Notes under the pieces: generated by a model | Seen by the model: the letters and a program-made list of their open reading frames with translations, nothing else | The model's database searches: none | Told to the model about the DNA's origin: nothing | Program-made: the position numbers and the translations under genes | NCBI RefSeq assembly: GCF_009914755.1 | Contig: NC_060940.1 | DNA: 64,000 nt | Origin: the human T2T-CHM13v2.0 reference genome, Homo sapiens | Direction: 5' to 3' (one strand) | Shown: one piece after another, positions 41,875 through 53,460 of the stretch | Layout of the letters: each line of letters starts with the position of its first letter | How positions within the stretch are numbered: the stretch's first letter is position 1

Positions 41875-43889
41875 CCAGGTCTCAGCTGGGCTCCTGGAAA
41901 TCACACTTAGACCTGCTCCCACAAATCCTAGAGCCACTACTGCCTCAGTTATGAGCAATTCTAGTTTTGCAGCTGCTCGGACTCAAAGTCCCAGGCTCAC
42001 CCTTGACCCCTCTCTCTGTCTGACTCCACAGCCCATCCACCTGCAAATCTTTGCCTTCAAAAGACTCAGGGTTTTGCTCCTTTTCACCACCTCAACCACC
42101 CCACCTCTGATTAAATTCAAGCCTCTGTCGAGGTGCAGATGGACAATCCCAAGAGTCTCATGTTATTGACCTTGCTCCTGCCATCACTGGCTTTTGTCTA
42201 TTTACATGGAGGAAATTTGTTAAAGCACAAGTCAGCCCAGGCACTCCTCTCTGCACCCTCCAGGGTCTGCCATCTCAGTTGGAGAGAAAGCTCAAGTCAT
42301 TGTCACAGCCTACAAAGCCCTACAGCGTGTCTCTCATATGGAGAATGCCACCACATTGAAATCACCACTTTCTAATGCCTGCATAATTTTTAGATGTAAT
42401 TTGTGTATCTCACATTTATTAAGAAGGGTTTGTTAAGAGGACTCCATTACAGAGAACTATGCTACCCACTATTACACACACACACCCATAAAGCAAGGAA
42501 AGAGGTCTCCCCCTTCATCTCAGGTTGAAGAATGGGGCCTTACATATACCTCCCAAAACTTGGAGGACATAGTAGATTGGTGTCTGACTCATGCCTGAGA
42601 AATCCCTTGCATCAGTTTGGACAGAGGATGCATGAGTGTTTCCCATGAACCACATGTGGTGTGGCATGGCAAAGAACTGGCCTGGGGACTGTCTTGCCCT
42701 AAAGGGGTCAACAGAGATGAACTGGAAAAGCTGACAGTGGACAACCAGACTCCTAGGAGCTGAAGGAATAGCTGATGACATAGGGTTCATCTGGCAATTA
42801 TAGAGGACTGCCCACCATCAACTGAGGGAGGTCACTAAAACCTCATACAATTTCACTATGTGAGAGAGTCAGGTATAAACACCTATGAGGCTCAGAGAGT
42901 GAAAAGCCCCACCTGTCAACAGCACCAGTCACAGAAGATCTTTCCTGCTTTTCCCAGTGCAGAAAAGGCAGCAAGGATTAGACACTTTAAATGAAGTTGG
43001 GAGCAATGATTCTTATGTGGAAAATAGTCATTTTTGATTATTGAATTGAGACTGTGTTTGTGACTAGTAACTCTTACGTATGAATGAGAGAAAGGTCCTG
43101 AAACCCATCAAGATTTCATTCAGGGTTAGGGAAGGACTACTCCCATTAAACAGACTTAAAGGGACAGTGAGAGGCAAATCAAGTTGCTTTTGTGATTGCA
43201 CTCCATTACTGCTTATTCAATATACTGCTTGATCATTTAATTACTGATATATCTGATGGATGTGGGGTCTCAGCCCACTTCACTCTCTTTGTTCTTAACT
43301 TTTATCTCCCCTATTGGGGGAGGGGTTCTTTCAGCATAATGTCACATCAAAGCTAGCAAGTGAGAGATAATTGAAATAAGGAGGGTTTGTCTTATAGATA
43401 TTATACTCTGAAACATCAAAAAGACCTCATCCAATCTATTGGAGGGGCCATAAGAATCTAGGAGCAAAGGACCCCACAGCTTTGACCTTCACTACTTAAG
43501 ATGGAATCAGGTCTTTAGAGAAGGGGAAAACAGTCACACAAAACAACAATGATAACACCAAGAACAACAGAAAGCAAAAAGGAAAGGGAGGCCAGCAGAG
43601 GTAAAATCCTGAGCTCCATCCAATTATGGCTTCCCCACAGACCGAAAAGTATGGAGAATATGAAAAATTAACGTGGCACCGTCTTCTAGACTCTAAGTGT
43701 TCATAATTGTGTAAGATGTTCTCTCCAGCACTGTACTGTAGACATGTCAAGAATCATGGCAGATTACCCACCCTTCTCACATTACTAGACTCCAAGCTCC
43801 TGTATGACTGGGGCTGTCTGAGTAATCTCATGATTCCCCAGCACCTGTGCAGCTCCTGAGACAGAGCAGGGGGCCCATTAGCCATTACT

Positions 43890-44930
43890 GAATGGATGGA
43901 AGAATGGATGAACAAACAGATAGATGGATGGATGGATGACGGATGGAAGGATAATGTATGGATGAATGGAAGGATGATATATGGATGGATGGATGGATGG
44001 ATAAAAGGATGATGGATGGACGATGGGCAGATGGACAAATAGATAGGATAGATGGAAGAATGACAGAATGACAGGTGAATATTTGGATTATGGACAGACA
44101 GATGAACAGATAGGATGGATAAATGGGTGGATAAATAGATGAATAAAAGAATTACAGATGAATGGATGGTTGGATGATTGACAGATGGATGGATAGGATG
44201 GATGGATGGAAGGATGGCCGATGGACAGATGGTTGGATGATAGGTGAATCGACAGGATGGATGGAAGAATGGGTGGACAGATGGAGGAACAGAAGGATGA
44301 TGGATGAATAACGGATAGATGGATAGATAGAAATGGATGGATGGATAGATGGAAGAATGGCAGACACATGAACGGTTGGATGATGGACAAATGGACAGGA
44401 TAGATGGATGAATGGATGGGTGGATGGATGGATGGGTAGATGGACGGATGGATATGGGTTGTAAAATGAATAAAAGGATGGCAGACAGATGGTTGGATGA
44501 TAGACAGATGAACAGATAGGATGGATGGTTGGATAACAGACAGCCAGATGAATAGATAGGATGGATGGATGAATGGATGGATGGATGAATGAATGGGTGG
44601 ACAAACGAATGAACAGAAGAATGACGGATGGATGGTTGGATGATAGACATGGATAGGATGGGTGGATGGAAGGATGGCAGATGGGCAGATGGTTGGATGG
44701 AAAGGCAGGTGAATAAACAGGATGAATAGAAGAATGGGTGGAGAGATGAACAGAAGGATGGTGGATAGATGGATGGATGATGGACAGATAGATGGATAGG
44801 ATGGATGGAAGAATGGCAGATGCATGGATGGTTGGATGATGGACAAACAGGACAGATGGATTAATGGATGGGTGGATGGATGGATCAATGAATGGTTGGA
44901 TGCTGGACTGACAGACTGATAGGATGGATG
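43890..44930. repeat. Degenerate (TGGA)n tetranucleotide tract, ~1 kb
   Basis: Direct reading (ggat/ggac/agat units). Confidence 0.95.
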
Positions 44931-45544
44931 GGAGTAAGGGTAGATGAACTTGTGTAAATCCTTTTCCAAGAATCCCCTATTACCACAAATCCCTGAAAGA
45001 CTTCCTATCATTCTTTTCGGCAGCCCTCACAATGTTTCTGAGGCCAGGCCCTAGAAACCAAGGGTCCTCACCAGGGTGCCACTCCTAAGAGCCATATTGT
45101 GATGATCAAAGCAATGAGAGCATGTATGTGAAAGAACTTTGTGTAAGTCCATAGTGACAAAGGTGTGGCAGCTGGGATTGTCCAAGCTCGAGCTCCAGAG
45201 AGGTTCATCTTTAGTTGAGGAGGGAGCCCCTGGTACAAGGAAACATTCTGGAAATATCAGGGAAGGGATAAATGCTGATATCAACCCCCCAAAAAATCAC
45301 TCCTGTGCCCCCCAGTTCTGGGATCCTCTGGCATCAAGCTGTTGCTCCCACCTAGTGACTGTCTTCCTGAATAACTGAAGCCTCCTGGCCAAATCTGGGT
45401 AGTTTCTAGGGAGCAGAGGCACCAAATTCAGATGCCTCTGCTCCCTAGAAACACAGGCACAACCTAGAAATATCAGATGTCTCAACCGCTAGAAGGCCCC
45501 CAAAAACTTCTCTGCTCAGAAACCACAGAATCTACTCATGAACT

Positions 45545-45607
45545 TTATGTGCAGCCTGCAAAACGGGGAACACAAGCAAATGCAGACGAAGTTTCAACCT
45601 TTTTATT
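45545..45607 (-). terminator. Distal polyadenylation signal of CDYL2
   Basis: AATAAA on the minus strand (tttatt at 45602-45607), followed by a U/GU-rich element (TTCGTCTGCATTTGCTTGTGTTCCCCGTTTTG). Confidence 0.75.
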
Positions 45608-48600
45608 CAAAGCAGCTTCTCACAATGTATAAATACTGCATATTAGCACACATGAAAAATACAACTTCTAAGGCACCCAGAAATGTGTTCATACACGTTA
45701 CAGGACCATTCACAAAGAGAGTGTACAATTTGCTCTAGACAGTCAGGATTTGATAAATCAGAAGATTATTATCCCTCAGTACTGCACCCAGTCTCAGTAA
45801 ATATTTACAACATGGTGAGAAGGGGTCAGCTGTACCTTCTTTATAATTCTATGAAGTACTCAGACTTACAAATATTCAGAACTAGTTAAAGACTCTCCCA
45901 TGATAATCTGGCAAAATAAAACAAGTAGCCTAATTTTGCAAAGGTCTCGGTGGATTTTGGTGTATGCTACATCCATGATCAAATCCAAACACTCCTAGGG
46001 TGGGCTGGATAAGTTTTTGGTAGCCTGCTTCATTATCGGAAGTTTGGTAATAAGCCTTACCAATAGAATACCACTTCTTCAGCATCAATCATTTCTCAAC
46101 TGGTCAATGGATCAATGATTCCATCATGAATGAGAATGGAGAGAGAACTGAAGACAATTCTTCTCACACCTAACAGGAATTAGAATGGGTCAATGAAGAA
46201 CAAAAGGAGGCAGACATTTGGAAAGTGCAGGATCCTACTGTTCAGTATAGACATGTCTGAAAAATTCTTACCCTGGAGGTTCATATTCAGATGGAGGAGT
46301 CTACACTGGCCAGATAACCTGGAGGAGTACCAGGCCTCCACTTTTATGATATGGATACAGGCTTGGGACTACACAGTAGAAACACCAACCTGAGATAGTG
46401 AGCTTCAATTAGAAACTCATCTTTCAGAGCCTTTTCAATATGACAACGAATCCCTCTGTATGGCCAGCCAGGGGGAGCATGAGGTTGGTGGAAGTCAGCA
46501 GTTTCTCTGCACCATCAAGCATGCACATATCTGTCTAGATGTGCCCACAATCTATGAAACTCAGGCTTTGTTAGAATAATGGAATTCTTTGGTTCTCGGT
46601 TTTATGAAAGGCAATATTGTCACAATCCTGTCAACATCGACACTGGCAAATGACTTCAAGCTGGGACTAATGGCACAGGGACAAATTAAATACTAGATGG
46701 GAAACTCTACACCCTCCAAACTTCCAAGAGTCAGCTTCAAGAGCTCCAGCATCAGGCTAGATATAAGAGCTCCAGCATCAGGCTAGAAATAAGAGCTCCA
46801 GCATCAGGCTAGATGTTGGATCAATGATATAAGGTTAAGCCATAAAAACACCAGAGGTGAAGTTGAAAACTAGATATGGGTTTTTCTGACTGCCACACAC
46901 ACTGCAAAAATTTAAAGCAAATCTCCATCTTAATGGCTGATAAGTTGACTTTATAAATACATACCAGAGATGAACCAAATAACTTGATTTTAGCCATATG
47001 ATAGCCCTGGACTACTTTATGTGGACAACCAAAAGGAATAATAATTTCTTTTTAAGTCTAAATTCTAGTTGGTTTTATTAAACCCCAAAAACAGTGGATA
47101 CACTGTCAAGGAGCTCCATGATTTATGTTCTAGAAAAACAGTCCTGGATAGACATATTCAGCTGATATGTTATGTTCTACATTTAGTTTGCCTTTGTCCT
47201 GCTAAACTCCAGTTTAGTATGGCTTGATACACATAGTTCATTGATAAGACACTGAGGACACATGGGAATGCTGATTGTGTAACTAAAATTGACTTCAGAT
47301 TGTCTACACAGTAAGACTCATAGGTAAACTTTGTTAACATCTCTCAGGGAGTGCTGACCTTACCCAGAATGGACGTTTCCAAGTCATCGACAAGGAATCT
47401 GGGGCCAACTGCCAGGGTCAGGAGCAGGAAATGCCATTTGTTCAGAACAAATGATGGACCAGCAGCCTTCCCTATGACCGTGTCTAAACCATGTTTACAG
47501 TATGAAGGTGTCTCTGGAAAACCTATCCTTGGTCTATTCTTATGGCCAAAGACAATCACCAAGGTGTCTATCTGGTCCCTGCCGCCATCAACTCAATCAA
47601 ACTCTTCGGATTAGCCATGAATTACAGACTGCATTCAGTCCATCAGCATGGCTTACGTTGCATGGAGGAAACAACCCGTATTACCCTTTTTAAATTTTTT
47701 TGCAACAAGCTTAAGGCTCTGTTCACAAACTCCATCAACTGCCACACAGTGAGAATTTACGGGGAGATCTTAAACTACTTATGTAGTTGCAAAGTTGAAA
47801 AATTTACTGATCCTAATGGTAAGGCTTATTCACAAATTCAATACATTTTGAAATTATACTTCAAACGCAATTACTTCGAAAAAAGATTAACCTGCTCTCC
47901 AACAATATAAGAGCATTATATTCTAATGAAAAAATTGGCACCAAACCAGTATGCTATTTTTCAAAAGAACAAGTGATATTAATGAAAAATATTGCCTAAA
48001 ACGCATATCCTAACTTATCACAGAAATATAAAAGTTTATATTTTGAAAATATATACTGTATTAAAGTCTGTAAGCATTTCAACCAAAATTTGCAGAAATA
48101 ACTAAGCAACACTTATCTACAACAAAAATATACATGCAAGACAACCCCAAATGGTTTCCCTTAAATATCTACAAAGGCAAAGTGTAGATGTTTAAAGATT
48201 ATACAAAACCATTTACAGAGAATAAAATAAAATACTTAAGAAATCTCATTTAGAGTCTTAAATACTGTGTATATTAGTGAGAGTGTCTAAACTAATATAT
48301 ACAACAGATATAAGTGTCTGAATACAGAAAAACAGAAGATAAGCAATTCTGCATTTTAAATATTCACTTAGGAAGATTTGAAGATGTTTCTATTTGTTTC
48401 TCTCTGTTAAAAAATTTCCACAGAAACTAGATTGGAAAATTTAATGGATGTGACTAAATTCCAAATAAAAAAAAAGTTTACAAAATTTTTAAAACCAAAA
48501 ATTAATGGGAAATGCAATTCAGCATTCAGTGAAGGCTATTTTTAAATGTGGATATTCAGAGATACAGTTGCATTGTTCAAAGTCTACTGTGATTATTATT

Positions 48601-51600
48601 TTTCCATCCTTGTACTAAACTTCACATGGGAAAAACATTTTCATGCTTCAGAGAGAACATTTCCTAGTTTAATCTATACCAAACAAGAATGATATTTTAA
48701 ATCAATTCTCTACTACTTTCTCATAGCTATCCAATGTCATTCTTAGTGATTTTGATGGCTGTTACCCAGACATTATTTCTATGCCGGAAGGGGCACATTA
48801 AGTACATCAGCATTAGGCTGTGTCTTCCAAATGGTGGTGAGAAGGTATGACCACCCTAACAAAAGTTCTGCACAAAGTCTTCTTGGAACAGGGTTGTTAA
48901 CTCAGATGGTCCCATAAGATGCTGAGAGTGAGCCATCACCGGGGTTGGGGCAGAGAGGGAAGGAGAGTTCCACTGCATGGCTAACAGGATGGGAGGGAGT
49001 GGATTGCTAGAAAGGTCCCTGACTAAAGAGGTGTCCTCAATTGCCCACCCACAGCTATTCTTTCAAACCCAAAGGTAATTGCAGGACGGGGCTGCCAAAA
49101 TGAGCCGCAATTCCTCAAAGACCTGCCCAGGCTCTTGGGAGTGACTTATGGGGGAAGGTACGGGAAAATGGTAGAGAGAGGGGAGAAAGGATCCCATAGA
49201 CAGAGAGGGGGCCCTGGGGTGGAAGATCAAAAATGAAAGTCTGAGCTCTGTCTCAGGAAAGCTATTAGGATAAACCCTGACACAACCAGAGGTCTGGTAT
49301 TTTCCATCCCAAATCTATTTGCTGTAAGTTACCTGGAATTCGCCTACACATGATCAAAACAACTACCCAGAAAGTGAAAAATTCAGTCCACCCTGCAGCA
49401 AAAAGATTTCACCTGCTTTCACCCAATTGGTGGAACTGACTGTATGGAAACAACCAAAATACAGACTTTCACCACCCCCGTTACACCCAGGACCTGTGAC
49501 TTAACAGCAAGATTTCCACCTTAGAAATGGTTTCACATTCCTACCTTAATCTTCAGAGATCCTTGAAATGTTTAGAAGTTTGGATTTGATAGTACATCCA
49601 AAGCTGAAGCATTTCTAGTTCTTTCAAGCAGGGAATGAAGGTGGACACTGATCTAAAGGAATTTCTAAACATCCCCTTCCATGTCCAAGGAGAATCCTGA
49701 CCCCACTTCAACCGATGCTGAATATAACTGCGCCCAATCAGAAGTTCAACAGAAAAGAGGGGGCTCTTTCTAATGAAAATTTAGCAGTAGTGAAGACACT
49801 GTCTGCCACAATATGTAAGAACCAGGGTCATCTAAGGGTTTTGGAAAGCTCACATTTGCTTTCTCAAAGGAGGAGATAAGATCCAGATAGAGCTGTGACA
49901 ACAGGCATTTGGGCAAAAGCAGGTGTCTCCCTATAGTAACTCCCTGTAGGACAGGTCCGAAGTCCTTACAGGATCCTACATGGACAAAGGGGAGGGTGCA
50001 CAGGACTTTAATTCCATCCTCCTCTGGCTGAAGGAGAGGTTTCCCCTCCTTCCTGACCCTCATGAACTCTTAAAGGAGACACGCTTTCCAGGGAGGGAAC
50101 CAAGGTCATCAGAAGGACCAGCAGTCCAGATTAACTTGAGGGTCACTGCTTAAAGGACCATGTCTCTAGATCTGGTGTAGACTATCAACGTGTTCTTTGA
50201 AACTCAAAGCTCAGGGCCACGAATACATTCCACCTGCCCTGCCCAGTGCACCTGATTGCCAGGAAAAGATAAAGGACCACAGAGAGTTAGAGAACTGTCA
50301 CCAGAACTCTCTCTTCTAAGCCTGCCTCACCTCCATAAGCTGTGCCCACTTCTTGCTGCCTTATTCCACTCTCTTCAAAGAAGGGCCAAGAAAGGCTGGT
50401 GCCCAACAGGAAAGGGGAAGAAGGGGAGGGCCAAGGGCCTCCAGGAATACGCAGGGGCTGTGATAGAAACGGAAAAAAATCCCTCCATCCTGAGAATCTG
50501 AGAATCTAGCTTTTTCTGGGTGCTTGACCCATGGTTTAAACCTCACGCAGAACACATCCCTTCCATTTGTCTGCTCTCAACTTCAGGTTTTCCTGAACTT
50601 TCTCCTCACCACTCAAAACCACAACCCCCAATCCCTCCTTCTCTGTAGTTAATCCAGGGACTTGAATCTGATGGTCTAACACAGCTGCTGGAGTCCCCTT
50701 GCAGCCCAGGGGCACAGGGGCAAGGAGATCTCATTCCTGGTCATTGCTCCCTATGTACATAAAAAAACTAGAAAACAGATGAGTCATTTCAGCTTCTGGA
50801 GGGAAAAGATTCAGACCTCCAGACAGCTCAGCAGAGTGGGAACTCTTCCCCATCCCCCTGGCCAATACCAGAAATCACTGATCACATGGAAGCAACAGAC
50901 TGCAGGATCCAAGTTCAGTCATTTGCCCCAAAGAAAGAAGTCTTATTCTAGACAGTATGCTATTCTCAGGTAGGGCCTATCCCCACTCCTGCCCAACATC
51001 ACGCAATTTGGGACTGGGTCTGTTTCAGGATCATTCAGGCTAAGAGGGCCCTTTAACTCCTTAAAGACAGCAGAGGGAAGAAAAAACTCTCCCAAGATGT
51101 CTCCTAAGGACAAACCTAAGGAACTAGTATTCTATTATTACAGCTGAGAACCGTTTTACACAGAGGTGCAGCGCTATTCCTTTTGTCCACAGAAATCCTT
51201 CTGTTTTCATCTCTCTAAACTTTATTTCTACATGGTTCATTGCTAGAATGCACCAAACGGCATGAACCTTGTGTGGGATTTGGTCCAGGGTAGTATGAAA
51301 ATAGTATCTGTGTGAACAACAGACATCACAATATATAAACAAAAATAAATAAATAAAACAAGTCCAAGGAAAGAAAAAACATTTCCCTAGTAGTTTGTTT
51401 TTGCAAAACTAGCTTTACATATAATACACATAAATTATCAGAATTTCCACTTACATTGTTTTAAAAATATATATTTAACAAAACATTTCTAAATGTACAA
51501 TATCTGGGTTTGCAAATCACTCAATTGGGTTTTAAGACCAAGCCCTAATAGTCACACAGATTTGCGTCGGAAAGGAGACTGAGGCCAGGTGTGCACAATC

Positions 51601-52069
51601 ATTTTGCTCATTGGTCTGGAAATTCCCTAAGATTGGTCGTCCTCTGACACCCGATCTAAATACAACCAGAGAGAGCCATGATGGCCAAGTCTCCAAGTCA
51701 GAGGCACTGTGTAGACACAGCCTGAGTCAGAAGAATGTGAAAGTGGTCTTCCCCTTCCTGGACCGTCATGGTGCATTTCAGCAAGTGGGGAAAGGACAGC
51801 GGTGCTTGGCGGAGCCCTGGGAAGATACAGCCTTGGACAGCTCTCTGGCCAGGAAGGGCAGGGAGGTGGGGGAGGCCAAGTATGCTGCGTTTTCCATCCA
51901 TTACACAAAATCAAACCAAGGAGGAGCAACCAAAGGACACGAGGAAATGGACACAACCCTACGTATAAAGAGACACCTTGACAAACTCCTTGGCCGGGGC
52001 AGACACTGTGCTCTGGTTTCCGAAACACAGGGCAGAGCTGGAAGTTGGGGGCCCGTGAGCTGGGGCCCC
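45582..52069 (-). other. CDYL2: CDYL2 long 3' UTR (~6.5 kb, inferred)
   Basis: Unique sequence lacking Alu/young L1/LTR, with AU-rich blocks (47900-48750, 51300-51520), running from the stop codon to a well-formed poly(A) signal. The end point is approximate. Confidence 0.75.
46739..46814. repeat. 26-bp tandem repeat, ~2.9 copies, inside the CDYL2 3' UTR
   Basis: AAGAGCTCCAGCATCAGGCTAGAWAT starting at 46739, 46765 and 46791. Confidence 0.97.
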
Positions 52070-52228
52070 TCAGACTTCATAAATTTTGTCCTGCAGGTAG
52101 CTGAAAAGGGAGTCAAGGCCTTTGGAGGAGCTCCAGAGCTGCTTGAGCATGAGGCATTCCTTCTCGTTCACGTCTTCCAGCACTGATTTCAGGAAGCTCC
52201 GCACGAGGCATTTGGACTCCTCTAACAC
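52070..52228 (-). CDS. CDYL2: CDYL2 terminal exon, coding part (52 aa + TGA)
   Basis: Acceptor tttccctctag|GTG TTA GAG. Translates VLEESKCLVRSFLKSVLEDVNEKECLMLKQLWSSSKGLDSLFSYLQDKIYEV*, with TGA at 52072-52070. Not in the ORF track. Confidence 0.97.
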   Translation of the reverse strand: MLEESKCLVRSFLKSVLEDVNEKECLMLKQLWSSSKGLDSLFSYLQDKIYEV

Positions 52229-52689
52229 CTAGAGGGAAATAGACAGGCCTGATTAGCCGGGCACCAGGGACTCTGCTCCAGAACTAGGTACCTGGCCCAT
52301 GGGGCACTGGCCAACCTCCCATACTCACAGCCAGAGAAGGCTGCCTCCTCCAGCCTGGGCCTTCCCAGTCCCATGTTTCCAGCACGGCCATGAATGGATC
52401 CCAGATGTGTCAAGACGTGAACACTGTGAGGCCCTGGGATGGCTCAGTGGGGCCCATGTCACCCCAGACCACTAGAGGCTTGCCTGTTGCCCAATGGTGA
52501 TACAAACACAGAGTCCTTTTCTATAGGTGTCATGAAAAAGTGTGGGAGACACTGTTTTAACCTCCCGTGATTCATTTTCATGATCTGTTGGCAATAACTC
52601 AAGGATCACTGAGAACACAGAATAAGACGATGAAATGAACGAATGGTTGTCACATACAACTCACCCTGAGAGCAATGCCCCGTGTTCAG

Positions 52690-53460
52690 GCTACAATGTT
52701 AGTAATCATGGTAGTAACAACTAATAACACTCAAGGCTATCACCTTCATAATCATTATAGTAAAGAGTAAAAATCATAGGAATGAATAACAATCATCACA
52801 GCCATAGTAATAATTGTAGTAATGAGTAATAATGATCATAGTAATCATGGTTATAAATGTAGTAGCTGCTGTCCACAGCTATGATAAATGATCATAAATG
52901 ATCTATGATTATTCATTACTAAAGTATTACGTATATACACATATTATGTATTATATACATTATATATACGTATAAACACATATGTATATAGGTAAACACA
53001 TGTATATATGTATATACACTATAATATATACATATTATATTATGTATATGTATAATATATAATTATGTATATGTATTATATATAATATATACATATTATG
53101 TAAATATAGTATTAATCCCACAGTGTTACTATGATGATTACTACCATCATCATAGTAATGAGCAATAATCATAGTAATAATAGTCACAACAAAGAGCAAT
53201 AATCATAGTAACAATAGCAATAATAATCACAGCAATGAGCAATAATCATAGTAACAATAGTAATAATCATAGTAACAGTAATCATATTAATGAACAATAA
53301 TCATAGTAATAGTCTTAGTAATGAGCAATAATCACAGTAACAATAGTAATAATCATAGTAGTGAGTAAAAATTCATAACAGTAATAGTAATACTAATAAT
53401 AGTAATGAGTAATGATTGTAGTAATATTTGTAATAACTATAATAATGCCACTATGATCAC
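52690..53460. repeat. AT-rich low-complexity tract ((TA)n-like core plus (ATA/GTA)n repeats) in the last intron
   Basis: Direct reading, with recurring gagcaataatcatagtaa(c)aata. Confidence 0.9.

Noticed and set aside
42430-43230. Possible ancient Gypsy-type (MamGyp) LTR
   Set aside because: Only a vague resemblance at the 3' end; needs a Dfam HMM search.
43754-45011. 298- and 307-aa minus-strand ORFs rich in IHPS
   Set aside because: (TCCA)n repeat translations with no coding signature.
51611-52186. 191-aa + strand ORF antisense to the CDYL2 last exon
   Set aside because: Non-ATG start, no recognisable domain; a shadow of a GC-rich exon and UTR.
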